From a virus: a stretch of DNA of 64,000 nt. Shown in pieces: positions 40,201 through 49,000 of the stretch (its first letter is position 1; each line of letters starts with the position of its first letter). The position numbers and the translations under genes were made by a program. The notes below the pieces were generated by a model. That model was not told the origin of the DNA. It searched no databases and was given only the letters and a program-made list of their open reading frames with translations. The stretch lies in the IMG/VR virus record IMGVR_UViG_3300045988_138996, positions 128,001 to 192,000 of that record; one strand, 5' to 3'.

Positions 40201-40632
40201 TCGGGTGCTTTTAATAATTATAAGACTAACCGTAATGAGCTGTTAAATGAATTTCATGAAATACGTAAAGATAAAAAAATCGAGATATTAGATGTCGACA
40301 ATTTTAACGAAGACGTAATTATGGATTATGAAATGCAATCATTAAGTTGCCCGGTAACATGCACTCCAGAATGGTTTGATTATGAAGACGGTTACGATGT
40401 ATTTAAAGTACCGATTAAGATTATGAAGATCGATGAACGCAAAGACCGTAAAGGCAATCTTATGGCATTCTGTGAAGGCGATGTCGGTGGCGGTGTTACG
40501 ATCGAACTTATTATTTTTAGTTCGATATATACAGCCAACCTCGGAATTATTCGAGCAGGACATACTGCTTTATTTGATGGCGAGAAACAATCGAACGCTA
40601 AATTAAAAGTTAAAAAAGTAAGCTTGTCTTAA
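37285..40632 (+). CDS. dnaE: DNA polymerase III alpha subunit (DnaE-type C-family replicase) with N-terminal PHP domain
   Basis: PHP motifs HLHVHTAYSFLDGY, AITDHNHMGG and ATSDVHYV. Polymerase core GPGRGSACGSLVLWCIGIT, LPDVDADF, LLRPGP and FNKSHAVAYS. 1115 aa, starting 2 nt after the recJ-like stop. Confidence 0.9.
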   Translation: MFTHLHVHTAYSFLDGYCHIPKLVSRAKELGMTSLAITDHNHMGGIYEFQKECKKQGIKPILGFEGYQTWNAEELAKDVDSRWADAAIDAFRKGVVTEEEAQAVITKKKGFKGIKEVKERIKSFMYDTRQYHLILLAMNQTGLNNLIKLQSEAAKVCTYNGRFLFDMRMLRKYSEGVICTTACVANIVAKTFNKGDRQLAETLLKEYKDIFKDRFYLEVQPNNFNDQVNVNNFYMEMHDKYDIPLIATSDVHYVLKTDNKDHDVLVSIGTGTDIYNPNRMKYDHNYWLKSEEEMQAGFKDILNKTETDRETALKKYALYLEAMNNTQVIANMIEDVTLGSSTPLMPKLPNSNNTKKELRELAYKGLYELAKRYKYIADDIVNYEKRLAYELNIINYKDFADYMLIVREYINWADNNGVMTGPGRGSACGSLVLWCIGITKNIDPIKYDLLFGRFLTIDRTGLPDVDADFSYFGRDKVIEHIKDLYGFENVAHIGTYTQQGVKSGLKDVGRALKIPFEKMNLLSKQIDDFEDVVPPQPKFKDYDSLKDGNESEKSLYKKWQKLESENKELFRLARNFEGLKRNFGVHASGVLAMPCRVDDYFPTRTDENGVMITLFTGVECEELGTAKLDILGLKTLSIIEKTLDHLHKDVDWLYDNFDIEDKKLYQMLACAKSDCIFQLESDMFKDYLQEMKPTCFDDIAATTALLRPGPLSAGMHHQYAKRKQGLEKNELPLRGIENILDKTYGVIPYQENVMQISKQVSGFDDNQADSIVRKTVAKKKVSMFPMMIRCHIYGKKNCEGPEGWENNNELPWYDPKGKYGPEIKGAIANGYTAKEMNDYFDAIMGFVAYAFNKSHAVAYSFTSMLTTWLKLYYPVEFYSAFLSMQATEDLLRYIPMIRKEGIDVKVPDINISNRDFTPDGNNILFGLGSIKGVGEASIPAIVDNRPYTSLEDVLDKIGKKAFNKRVGEALIMSGAFNNYKTNRNELLNEFHEIRKDKKIEILDVDNFNEDVIMDYEMQSLSCPVTCTPEWFDYEDGYDVFKVPIKIMKIDERKDRKGNLMAFCEGDVGGGVTIELIIFSSIYTANLGIIRAGHTALFDGEKQSNAKLKVKKVSLS

Positions 40633-40650
40633 TGACAAGCTCTTTTTTTT
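40621..40650 (+). terminator. Rho-independent terminator
   Basis: AGCTTGTC-TTAAT-GACAAGCT forms an 8-bp stem, followed by C and TTTTTTTT. The TAA stop (40630-40632) is in the loop. Confidence 0.85.
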
Positions 40651-40651
40651 G

Positions 40652-40714
40652 TTTGTAATATAATTTTGTAAATTAGATATTTTTTTGTAAAATTAACGAA
40701 AAGGACATTTAATT
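40652..40714 (+). promoter_or_regulatory. Promoter/leader candidate with three TTTGTAA direct repeats and a conserved leader
   Basis: TTTGTAA occurs at 40652, 40665 and 40684. TGTAATATAAT (40654-40664) and ACGAAAAGGACAT upstream of the ATG resemble TGTAATATAGT...ACGAAAGGACAT at 60535-60574. Confidence 0.4.
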
Positions 40715-41458
40715 ATGGCTGATATAAAAGGTAAAGTTCTTGTCGAGAATGGTACTGGCGGTAAGGATTTATTTAATCCGAGTACGACAGCCGATCAAGT
40801 CGTATTTAGCGACGGTGAAACTCTCGAACAGAAATTTAAAAAATGGATCCCAAAGCATGCGATTCTTTCCGATCGTTCCGGTAATTCTGACCGAAGCGAT
40901 TTGAGTGAAGATACTCGTAAGTTTATGGGTCATCCTGTCGAAGATTTTTTATTGCGTGATGAATTGTTGACGACATTAACGAAAGCTGCCGATACAAATT
41001 GTTGGAAGCAAAGTGTTAATAGTGTTGCCGATTTATTCACGACATATCCTGATGCAGTATTAGGTGATATTGCTGCAGTTAACGGTGGCGATACAGCCGG
41101 TTCTATTTATCGTTTTAATGGTACTGACTGGGAGATTTTAGTTAGAAATGGAAAAAGTATTTTACCTAATGCTGTTGTTGATAAAATTAATCAAAGCATT
41201 GTTCTTCAGAAAATAGAATTTGGCTCTAATAAATGGGTTAAGAATGGTACCGATGATTATCAACTTATATTAGAACTGCCAAATGCTGAAGTTGTTAAAG
41301 TCGTAATCTACGACGGACAAATTAAAAAAGCTTCGACAATTACTTCTGAAGTTACAGATTCTCAAGTATTGTTACGAAGCGTATATCCTGAACGTGGATA
41401 TGTTTTATATTATAATACTCAAACAAGTAATGTTATTGAACATGGTGATACTGTATGA
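40715..41458 (+). CDS. Tail-fibre-like protein
   Basis: 247 aa. N-terminal FNPSTTADQVVFSDGETLEQKF, then WKQSVNSVADLFTTYPDAVLGDIAAVNGGDTAGSIYRFNGTDWEIL. I recall both motif types from annotated fibre/minor structural proteins. Confidence 0.65.
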   Translation: MADIKGKVLVENGTGGKDLFNPSTTADQVVFSDGETLEQKFKKWIPKHAILSDRSGNSDRSDLSEDTRKFMGHPVEDFLLRDELLTTLTKAADTNCWKQSVNSVADLFTTYPDAVLGDIAAVNGGDTAGSIYRFNGTDWEILVRNGKSILPNAVVDKINQSIVLQKIEFGSNKWVKNGTDDYQLILELPNAEVVKVVIYDGQIKKASTITSEVTDSQVLLRSVYPERGYVLYYNTQTSNVIEHGDTV

Positions 41459-42252
41459 TTCAAAAATTAATTCAGCAAATTGGCTTACAAAAAATAAATG
41501 CCAAGATTAATGAATTCGATGCTGAAATTAATAGACTTAAAGAAGTATTTGCTAATAAACCGACTCGAGAAAACATTGGTAGTTATATTGAAAATGCTAT
41601 ACGAGATATTCGTAATGCTATTAAGAATGCTAAAGATAATTTAGCGGCTGCCATCGAATTAATAAAAAATAAAATTAAATTATATTATACGAAAGATGAA
41701 AGCGATGCTTTATTCGACCGGATACAAGACTTAAATAATTTTTTATTAAAAGATCAAAATATTACATTACGTAAAAATTTAAATATCGGTAAATCTATTG
41801 AATTAAATAATACCTCTGGTCCAGTTATTACATTTCCAGACGGTTCTTTAGAAATTCGTCCCGGTGTTTTAAAAGTAACGAATAATGGTAATAACGTATT
41901 TGAAATACGTGATAATGTTGTATATAATAATGGACAAGAAGTCGTTACAGGTATTTCTAGAATTAGTCCAGGTAACTGGATTGAACTACCTAATAGTCGT
42001 AATTTAGGCGTCGGACAATCTGTATATTATGGCGATGCTGTTAATGACGATGCTAATCAATTATTAATTCTTATGAAATATACAGATAGAATTGATAATG
42101 ATCATATGTATATTGATCATGTATTAATAGAATTGTCGTTAGGTGTTCAACGATATGCTCCAGCATATTGTACTATTAATTTAGCAAATAATTATATTAA
42201 ATTAGAATCGGCCAAATGGAACGGTACAATTCATAAAGTATTTTATCGATAA
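41455..42252 (+). CDS. Small fibre-like protein, paralogue family (long subfamily)
   Basis: 265 aa with an ATGA overlap. N-terminal coiled coil, a YYTKDESDALFDRIQDLNNF motif, a beta-rich C-terminus and the ending ...KVFYR. Confidence 0.65.
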   Translation: MIQKLIQQIGLQKINAKINEFDAEINRLKEVFANKPTRENIGSYIENAIRDIRNAIKNAKDNLAAAIELIKNKIKLYYTKDESDALFDRIQDLNNFLLKDQNITLRKNLNIGKSIELNNTSGPVITFPDGSLEIRPGVLKVTNNGNNVFEIRDNVVYNNGQEVVTGISRISPGNWIELPNSRNLGVGQSVYYGDAVNDDANQLLILMKYTDRIDNDHMYIDHVLIELSLGVQRYAPAYCTINLANNYIKLESAKWNGTIHKVFYR

Positions 42253-42264
42253 GGAGATATATTC

Positions 42265-43131
42265 ATGGAACGAATGAAAGAACGATCTACGTCGGTAAAA
42301 GCTACACAAGAAATTAATAAAATTATCGACGAATATAACGTATTAGAACAAGAAAATAATACGAATAATATTACGCCTAATGAATTTATTGATAAGTTTA
42401 ATACTATTAATAGAGAATATAATGCGGCTCGTAAAGAAATTAATACATCGTTAGCCGATGAAAAAGCAAGTTGGCTAAACAGAATAAAGAATTATTTTAC
42501 GAAATCAGAAGACGATGGTCGATATTTAAATAGCTCTAATAAAGACAATTTTATATCGAAAGCTACCGATTGGATTTTAAACCATACGTTAACAATGGAT
42601 AATGCTGTTATTAATGCTCGTAAGAGCGATAATATTTTAATGACGATTAATGGCGTTAAACTTATTATGGATGGTGATTGGCTTAAAATGATCAATCCAG
42701 ATGGTTCAGAATTATTTGCTAAAAATATTAATGACGGAACAGAACGCGTATTAAATCGTGATCTATTTAAATTAATAGAGCGTAAATATATTCCGGCAAC
42801 TTGGAATATTATTGAAAATAGTCATGTTGAAAATGTAGGTGGTACTGTAGCGTTACCATCTGGTTGGAATGATTTAATTGTTATCGTCGATAATACGACA
42901 TCTGATTTTACGTATTATGATAAACAAAATGATCATAAAGTGGCTCCATCATACGTATATATGTGTAGTGCAGAAGTTCCGATTAAATTCTTTACGCCAT
43001 ATGCTACAGCCGGTTTAGAAGTTACTAAGACTTACGTTATGCTAACAGCAAAAACAGGCTGGGTAGGCGAAGATTATGATGGTAACAAGAGTCGTGATTT
43101 CGGAAAGATTTTGAAGGTGTTATGGCGATGA
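42265..43131 (+). CDS. Small fibre-like protein, paralogue family (long subfamily)
   Basis: 288 aa with an AAGGAG RBS. Coiled-coil N-terminus, YFTKSEDDGRYLNSSNKDNF motif, ending ...KVLWR. Confidence 0.65.
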   Translation: MERMKERSTSVKATQEINKIIDEYNVLEQENNTNNITPNEFIDKFNTINREYNAARKEINTSLADEKASWLNRIKNYFTKSEDDGRYLNSSNKDNFISKATDWILNHTLTMDNAVINARKSDNILMTINGVKLIMDGDWLKMINPDGSELFAKNINDGTERVLNRDLFKLIERKYIPATWNIIENSHVENVGGTVALPSGWNDLIVIVDNTTSDFTYYDKQNDHKVAPSYVYMCSAEVPIKFFTPYATAGLEVTKTYVMLTAKTGWVGEDYDGNKSRDFGKILKVLWR

Positions 43132-44015
43132 TCGAACATTTAAAAAACAAAGTAACGACTTTTTTACAAGTTAAAAAAATAAACGAGATCATCGACTCTT
43201 TAACTCGATTTGATAATATTATTTCAGGTAGTGCTATTCAAGATTTAATTAATCAGTATAATTCTCGTCTCGAAAACATGAAACATTATCTTAACGATAA
43301 AGTTACTGAAAGTATCGATGATCTTAAAAATTTAGTTAATTCAACATTAGCTAATTATTATACTAAAGATGAATGTAATAATCGATTTGTTAAGTTAAGC
43401 GAAGTTGATGATTTTATTCGCTATAATAATCCAGAAACTAATGGTAAATTAGTTATTAATTCTAATAACAGTCCTTGTATTAATTTTACACAAGGATCGA
43501 TTAATACTTTATTTAATATCGATGAGTATTCTATCGAAGCATTTCCATTTGCTATTAAACGTGGTAATAAAACATTATTAGAATTTAATGCATATGGTTT
43601 AGTGACCAATAAAACTATTATTACGACAAATAACTATCGTAATTATGTTAAACTTCCACAATGGCGTAGTAATCAAGAAATGAATAAAGATAACTATGAT
43701 AAATGGAATGAAGCTTATGCTTATAAATATAATGGCGATAATTATCAACCAATATTTATTTTAGTGCGTAATGCATTCTTACGTGGCTACAAACCATGGA
43801 ACGATCCTAACGATGGTCCAGAAACAAATATGTCTGTATCATTCTTAAATTATTATGCTTGGGATAAAAACCATACAATTATTCAACGTTTAGAACTTAA
43901 TCCATATGATTATAAATTCTATACGAATGAAATTTGGCGTCAACGTCGTAAACATCATAGTAGCTATAATCATCATTGGGATGCATTAGGAGGTTATAAT
44001 ATACAATGGCGTTAG
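43122..44015 (+). CDS. Small fibre-like protein, paralogue family (long subfamily)
   Basis: 297 aa (an alternative ATG at 43128 would give an ATGA overlap). YYTKDECNNRFVKLSEVDDF motif, ending ...NIQWR. Confidence 0.65.
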   Translation: MAMIEHLKNKVTTFLQVKKINEIIDSLTRFDNIISGSAIQDLINQYNSRLENMKHYLNDKVTESIDDLKNLVNSTLANYYTKDECNNRFVKLSEVDDFIRYNNPETNGKLVINSNNSPCINFTQGSINTLFNIDEYSIEAFPFAIKRGNKTLLEFNAYGLVTNKTIITTNNYRNYVKLPQWRSNQEMNKDNYDKWNEAYAYKYNGDNYQPIFILVRNAFLRGYKPWNDPNDGPETNMSVSFLNYYAWDKNHTIIQRLELNPYDYKFYTNEIWRQRRKHHSSYNHHWDALGGYNIQWR

Positions 44016-44521
44016 ATCTTAATACATTAAAAAATAACCTCAACGACTTAATTAATAGAATTAATAATTTAGAATCTTCGGCTATTCATATCGATGGATA
44101 TTTAACATCACTTGACATTAATCAAACGGCATATTCTATTAACGAGACTATTAAAGATTTAGATGTCGATACGATTATTATCGATGGCAATATATATATC
44201 GGTGATAATAGTATTAATAATACATCTATTAAAATTGATAAACATGATTTAGTATTTAATGATAGATTAGTATATGACAATAAAATATTAAAGTACGACA
44301 GTGATATGTTATTGCCTAAGTTTAAAGAATATACTGGCGACTTGGTTAAAGGCGAATATTATATCGTTATTCAAGGTATTGTTAATAAGCCATATCTTAT
44401 TAATTATTGCGGCAAAGATTTTATTTGCGATGATTTTAAAATCGAAAACAATAAAATTATATGTGACAAATCGTATACAATAAGAAAGCGAGGTAACGCT
44501 AATGATTCAAACATTAAATAA
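44006..44521 (+). CDS. Small fibre-like protein, paralogue family (short subfamily)
   Basis: 171 aa with an AGGAGG RBS. N-terminal LNTLKNNLNDLINRINNLESS coiled coil, then beta-type sequence. Confidence 0.6.
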   Translation: MALDLNTLKNNLNDLINRINNLESSAIHIDGYLTSLDINQTAYSINETIKDLDVDTIIIDGNIYIGDNSINNTSIKIDKHDLVFNDRLVYDNKILKYDSDMLLPKFKEYTGDLVKGEYYIVIQGIVNKPYLINYCGKDFICDDFKIENNKIICDKSYTIRKRGNANDSNIK

Positions 44522-45029
44522 AGATAACGTTACCTTAACTGATATTCAAAATAAAATATCTGAAATCCAAGATTATCTTACTGAATCTAAAAATACTATT
44601 ATTAATGAAGTCGTCGATTTTTCATTAATGAATTATAAGTTTCAAGATAATTATTATAAGAAGAATGTATCGTCTGATTATAACATTGATACAGTATCTG
44701 TTAAGAATATTAATGGCAATATGGTTATTGACGATAATAAACTTATGATAGGCGGCAATATTCTTTCTGGCAATTCTTATAATAATAAAGAATTAATGAT
44801 AGCTGGCGGCAATTCTTATCGTTGGAATACATTAATATATAATGATTCGGCTATTAATTTAAATGGCGCTATCGAATTATTATTAGTATTAAAACAAGGA
44901 ACGGATATAATTACGTATTTTGTATTAAATGAAGATGGTCGATATTCTGTAAATGGAATCGACTTCGAAATTCTTGACGATATGCTGTTTATCAATCATT
45001 CTAATTTAGTTGCTATCTATTATCGTTAG
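44502..45029 (+). CDS. Small fibre-like protein, paralogue family (short subfamily)
   Basis: 175 aa. N-terminal LTDIQNKISEIQDYLTESKN, a DTVSVKNINGNMVIDDNKLMIGGN motif, ending ...AIYYR. Confidence 0.6.
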   Translation: MIQTLNKDNVTLTDIQNKISEIQDYLTESKNTIINEVVDFSLMNYKFQDNYYKKNVSSDYNIDTVSVKNINGNMVIDDNKLMIGGNILSGNSYNNKELMIAGGNSYRWNTLIYNDSAINLNGAIELLLVLKQGTDIITYFVLNEDGRYSVNGIDFEILDDMLFINHSNLVAIYYR

Positions 45030-45042
45030 AGGTATATAATCT

Positions 45043-45603
45043 GTGGAAAATTTATCATTAGATGCGTTAAACGAAACGATTATGAATTTGTCTCATGATG
45101 TTAATAACATTATGGCGAAATCAGAAGAAAAAGTTTCGGAATATCTAAGAACTAACGGCGTTACGAGTGGTAATATAACATCAGAGTACATCCTTAAAAA
45201 TAATAAGATCGATACATTAAATGTTAAAAATTTATTTGTAAAAGATTTGCAAATAGGCGGTAAATCTTTTATTCAAAACAATGTTATTACTTATGGTAAT
45301 AATACGTTGGAATTAAGTAACATTTTATTATCAAATAATAAGCAGGTGCTGTTTTCTGACGACACCTGCTTTACTTCTTGTTACGATGGAATTTACTCTG
45401 TATATTTATTGGAAGGTAAGACTGAAATTATCGTATCGGCTATGTATGATAATAAAAATATAGGCGATATTATCATACCGGTATCGTTATTAAAAGAAGG
45501 CGAAAATGCTTTTAAAGGCATTACTATTATTAAAAATAATGACGAATGCTCTATTACTCCGAACGAAAATAAGCTTACTTTTACTAATGTTATTATGAGG
45601 TAA
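45043..45603 (+). CDS. Small fibre-like protein, paralogue family (short subfamily)
   Basis: 186 aa with a GTG start after AGAGG. N-terminal LDALNETIMNLSHDVNNIM, a DTLNVKNLFVKDLQIGGKSF motif, ending ...NVIMR. Confidence 0.6.
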   Translation: MENLSLDALNETIMNLSHDVNNIMAKSEEKVSEYLRTNGVTSGNITSEYILKNNKIDTLNVKNLFVKDLQIGGKSFIQNNVITYGNNTLELSNILLSNNKQVLFSDDTCFTSCYDGIYSVYLLEGKTEIIVSAMYDNKNIGDIIIPVSLLKEGENAFKGITIIKNNDECSITPNENKLTFTNVIMR

Positions 45604-45608
45604 CGCTA

Positions 45609-46028
45609 ATGAAGCAATTTATCGAACAAGCTTCATTAAACGAAACAAGTATTAAGTATCTTGTTTACAAATTAAACGAAGTAATTCGTGTCGTTAATAA
45701 TAAACCCGATATTCATGATTTAGAATATTGGACCGATACGATTAAACAATTTGAACAAGACGGTACGATTAATACTTATACCGATCTTCTTGAAGCTTTA
45801 AAAAAGAAACCAGATTTTAATCAGGTTAGAGATACGGTACGAGATGAGTTAATTAAATATGTCGATCAAGTTAATCAACGTATTTATCAACCGACTCTCG
45901 ATCAACTGTTACGAGTAATCGGCGATGGTTTGCAAGAATATATCAAACAAAACGTCGACGGTTATTTAAATAAAGCAACGAACGATTTGCGTAATCGTTT
46001 GTCTACCGAAATTATTCATTGGAATTAA
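45609..46028 (+). CDS. Small all-helical protein, possibly a fibre adaptor or chaperone
   Basis: 139 aa with helical/heptad composition. Its N-terminus (ASLNETSIKYLVYKLNEVIRVVNNK) resembles the preceding family. It lies immediately upstream of the giant coiled-coil gene. Confidence 0.55.
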   Translation: MKQFIEQASLNETSIKYLVYKLNEVIRVVNNKPDIHDLEYWTDTIKQFEQDGTINTYTDLLEALKKKPDFNQVRDTVRDELIKYVDQVNQRIYQPTLDQLLRVIGDGLQEYIKQNVDGYLNKATNDLRNRLSTEIIHWN

Positions 46029-46040
46029 GGAGATTTTTGA

Positions 46041-49000
46041 ATGTCTAAAAAAATTGTTACTCGTGCATACTTCGGTCTTTATAATCCAGCTCGCAAAGGT
46101 TTGACTATTGATACAGATAATAATAATACTGGTAGTCAACCAGCTGTCTATAATAAAGCTGTCGAAAACGTAACAAAACAAGCAGCAGAAAACAAAGCAA
46201 CATCTGCTGCCAACAAAGCGTTAGCCGAAGCTAACCAAGCTGCTGTAGCTAAAGTAGCTGCCGATCTTGCTGCTAAACAAGCACAAGACGTTATTACATT
46301 CTTGAGCAAAGTCGAAGCTGCTGCTCAATATCAACCTAAAGGTGAATATATCACCGATGCTAAAGTAGCTGAAAAAATTACTGAAGCTCAAGGTAAAGCC
46401 GACGAAGCTGCTGCTGCTAAATTTGCGACTAAAGCAGAACTCGAAACAGCTACAGGTGGCGTATCTGCTCAAGATCTTAAAACATTAAAAGACGCGATCG
46501 ATCTTTTAAAAGATAACCCAGATAGCATTGCTGAAATTGCTAAGAAAGCTGATAAAGATAAAGTATACGATAAAGATGCTATCGATAAGTTAATTAAAAA
46601 ACTTAACGATAAAGATACTGATCTTGAAAAAGCTATTGCTAAAGCAGCTACTGCCGATGACGTAGTCAAAGCAGCTGAACTTACTGAAAAAGTTAAAGCT
46701 ATTGTCGATTTAACTCCGTTTGCTAAAGCTACTGAAGTTGAAGCTACATATGCTAAAAAATCTGATTTGGCCGATAAAGCCGATAAAGCTGTTATCGAAA
46801 CTGAACTTGCTAAAAAAGCTAATGCTAGCGATTTGACTCCGCTTGCTACAAAAGAAGAAGTGGCGGCGAAAGCCGATGTTACAGCTCTTGCTACAAAAGC
46901 TGATCAAACAGCACTTGATAATCTTAAAGCTGAAGCTGATGCAAATAAAGCTGCTGTTACTGCTGAAGTTGCTGCTCGTAAATCTGCCGATACACTAAAC
47001 GATGCTAAAGTACAAGGTATTGCTGACGATGTATCTAAAATTAAAATTGATGCGGCTCAAGCTAAAGTAGAAAATGAAAAAGCATTAAGCCGCAAGGCGG
47101 ATCAAGAAGCAGTTAATACAGCATTAGCAGAAAAAGCGACAAAAGCAGAAGCTGCTGAAGCTAAACAAGCTGCTGTTGATGCTGCAAAAGAAGCTGCTAA
47201 AGCTAATACTGCATTAGAAGGCAAAGCTGATGCAACAGCTCTTGAACCATTGGCAACTAAAGAAGCTTTGAAAGCTGCTAAAGATGAATTAATTCAAGCT
47301 GTCGAAGCTGCTAAGACTGTTGCTGAAGAAGCTAAAGCCGAAGCTAAAACCGGTGAAGCTGTGACTGAAGCTAAAGAAAAAGCTACTGCTGCCGATGCTA
47401 AAGCTAAAGAAGTTGAAGCTGCTCTTGTTAATTATGTAACTAAAGCAGTTGCCGATGAAACATATCAACCTAAAGGTGAATATGCAACTAAAGCTGAAGT
47501 ACAAGCTATCGGTTCTTTAGATCCTACTACGTTGCAATCTCTTAAAGATTTAGCTCAACAATTAGCTGGTCAAGCTGATTTGACTACTGTACTTGATAAG
47601 TTAAATAAAGTATTCACTAAAGACGAAGTTAACGAAAAACTTGCGGCAAAAGCCGATGTAACTGCTCTTGAAGAATACGCAGAGAAAAACGACGTTATAT
47701 CTAAACTTAAAGACAAAGCTGATAAAGTACAAGTAGCCGAAGATATCGAAGCTGCTAAAGCTGTTGCCGATGCTGCTGTTCGTGAAGTAAATACAACTGC
47801 TCAACAAGCTAAAGCTAAAGCTACTGAAAATGCTACAGGTCTTGAAGAAGCAAAAACTAAAGTCGAAAAAGCAATTGAAGATCTTGGTAAATTAACGACT
47901 AAAGTTAATGACCTTGCTCTTAACGGTGGTGCTGGCGGCAGTCTTGACGCACAAGCTGTAGCCGATAAAGTTAAAGAAGTTGTCGATGCTATCGTAGCTC
48001 AAGAAAAATATGTAGGCGAAACTAAGCTTAACGAAAAACTTGCTGACAAAGCTGACGTAAGTGCATTGACCGCAGTTCAAGTTAAAGCTGATAAAAACGC
48101 TTCTGATTTATTAGCTAAAGCCGATGTAAGTGCTCTTGCTGATAAAGCTGATAAAACTGTATTTGAAGCTAAAGCAACTGAACTCGATACAAAATTAAAT
48201 ACTCTCGAAACAGCTACTGTTCCTAATTTAATCGATACTAAACTTACAGCTAAACTTGCTGGTTATCAAGAAAAAGGCGAATATGTAACTAAAGAAGCTG
48301 CTGATCGTGATTATCAACCAAAAGGTGAATACGCTACAGCTGCTGCTTTAGAAGAAGTTAAAACTAAAGCTAATGCTAATGAAGCTTTGATTAACGGCCT
48401 CGATAAAGATACTTTGGTGCATACTACCGATCTTGATACATATGCTAAAGCTGCTAAAGTAACAGAAGATATTTCTGCTGCCGTTGCCGGTCTTGGCGAT
48501 GTATATGTAGCTAAAGCTGATGCTGATGTGTTTGCCAAGAAAGCTGATGTAACGACTGAAATCGGTGCAAAAGCTACCGAAATTAAAAAATATGCTGACG
48601 ACACATTTGCTACTAAACAACAATTAGATAATGCAACTATTGCTGCTGGTGGTTCTGGTTTGACTCAAACTCAAGTCGAAGGTATTGTCGACAATAAATT
48701 AGGCGCTCTTAAAGATGCCGTTCAAACTATCGCTAATATCCAATCTGGTGTTAACGACAATAAATCTTCTGTCGAATCTATTCTTGCTGAATTGGCTAAG
48801 AAAGCTACTAAAGACGAATTAGCTGGTAAAGTTGCAACTACTGATTTCGAAGACGCAAAACAAACTCTTAATACAGCAATCACAGCTCAAGAAAATGCAT
48901 TAGCTGCTGCTAAGACTGCATTAGAAAAAGCTATTAACGATAAGTCTGAAGAAGCTGCTGCTGCTTATCAAACTAAAGTCGATTTTGCTGCTTGGACTCG

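Noticed and set aside
46221-48623. Cluster of minus-strand ORFs (62-96 aa, Ser/Phe-rich) opposite the giant coiled-coil gene
   Set aside because: They are an artefact of the GCT/AAA/GAA/GAT-dominated sense strand, whose reverse complement (AGC/TTT/TTC/ATC) lacks stop codons. They have no RBS and a low-complexity S/F composition, and they are fully embedded in a 4.2-kb sense ORF.
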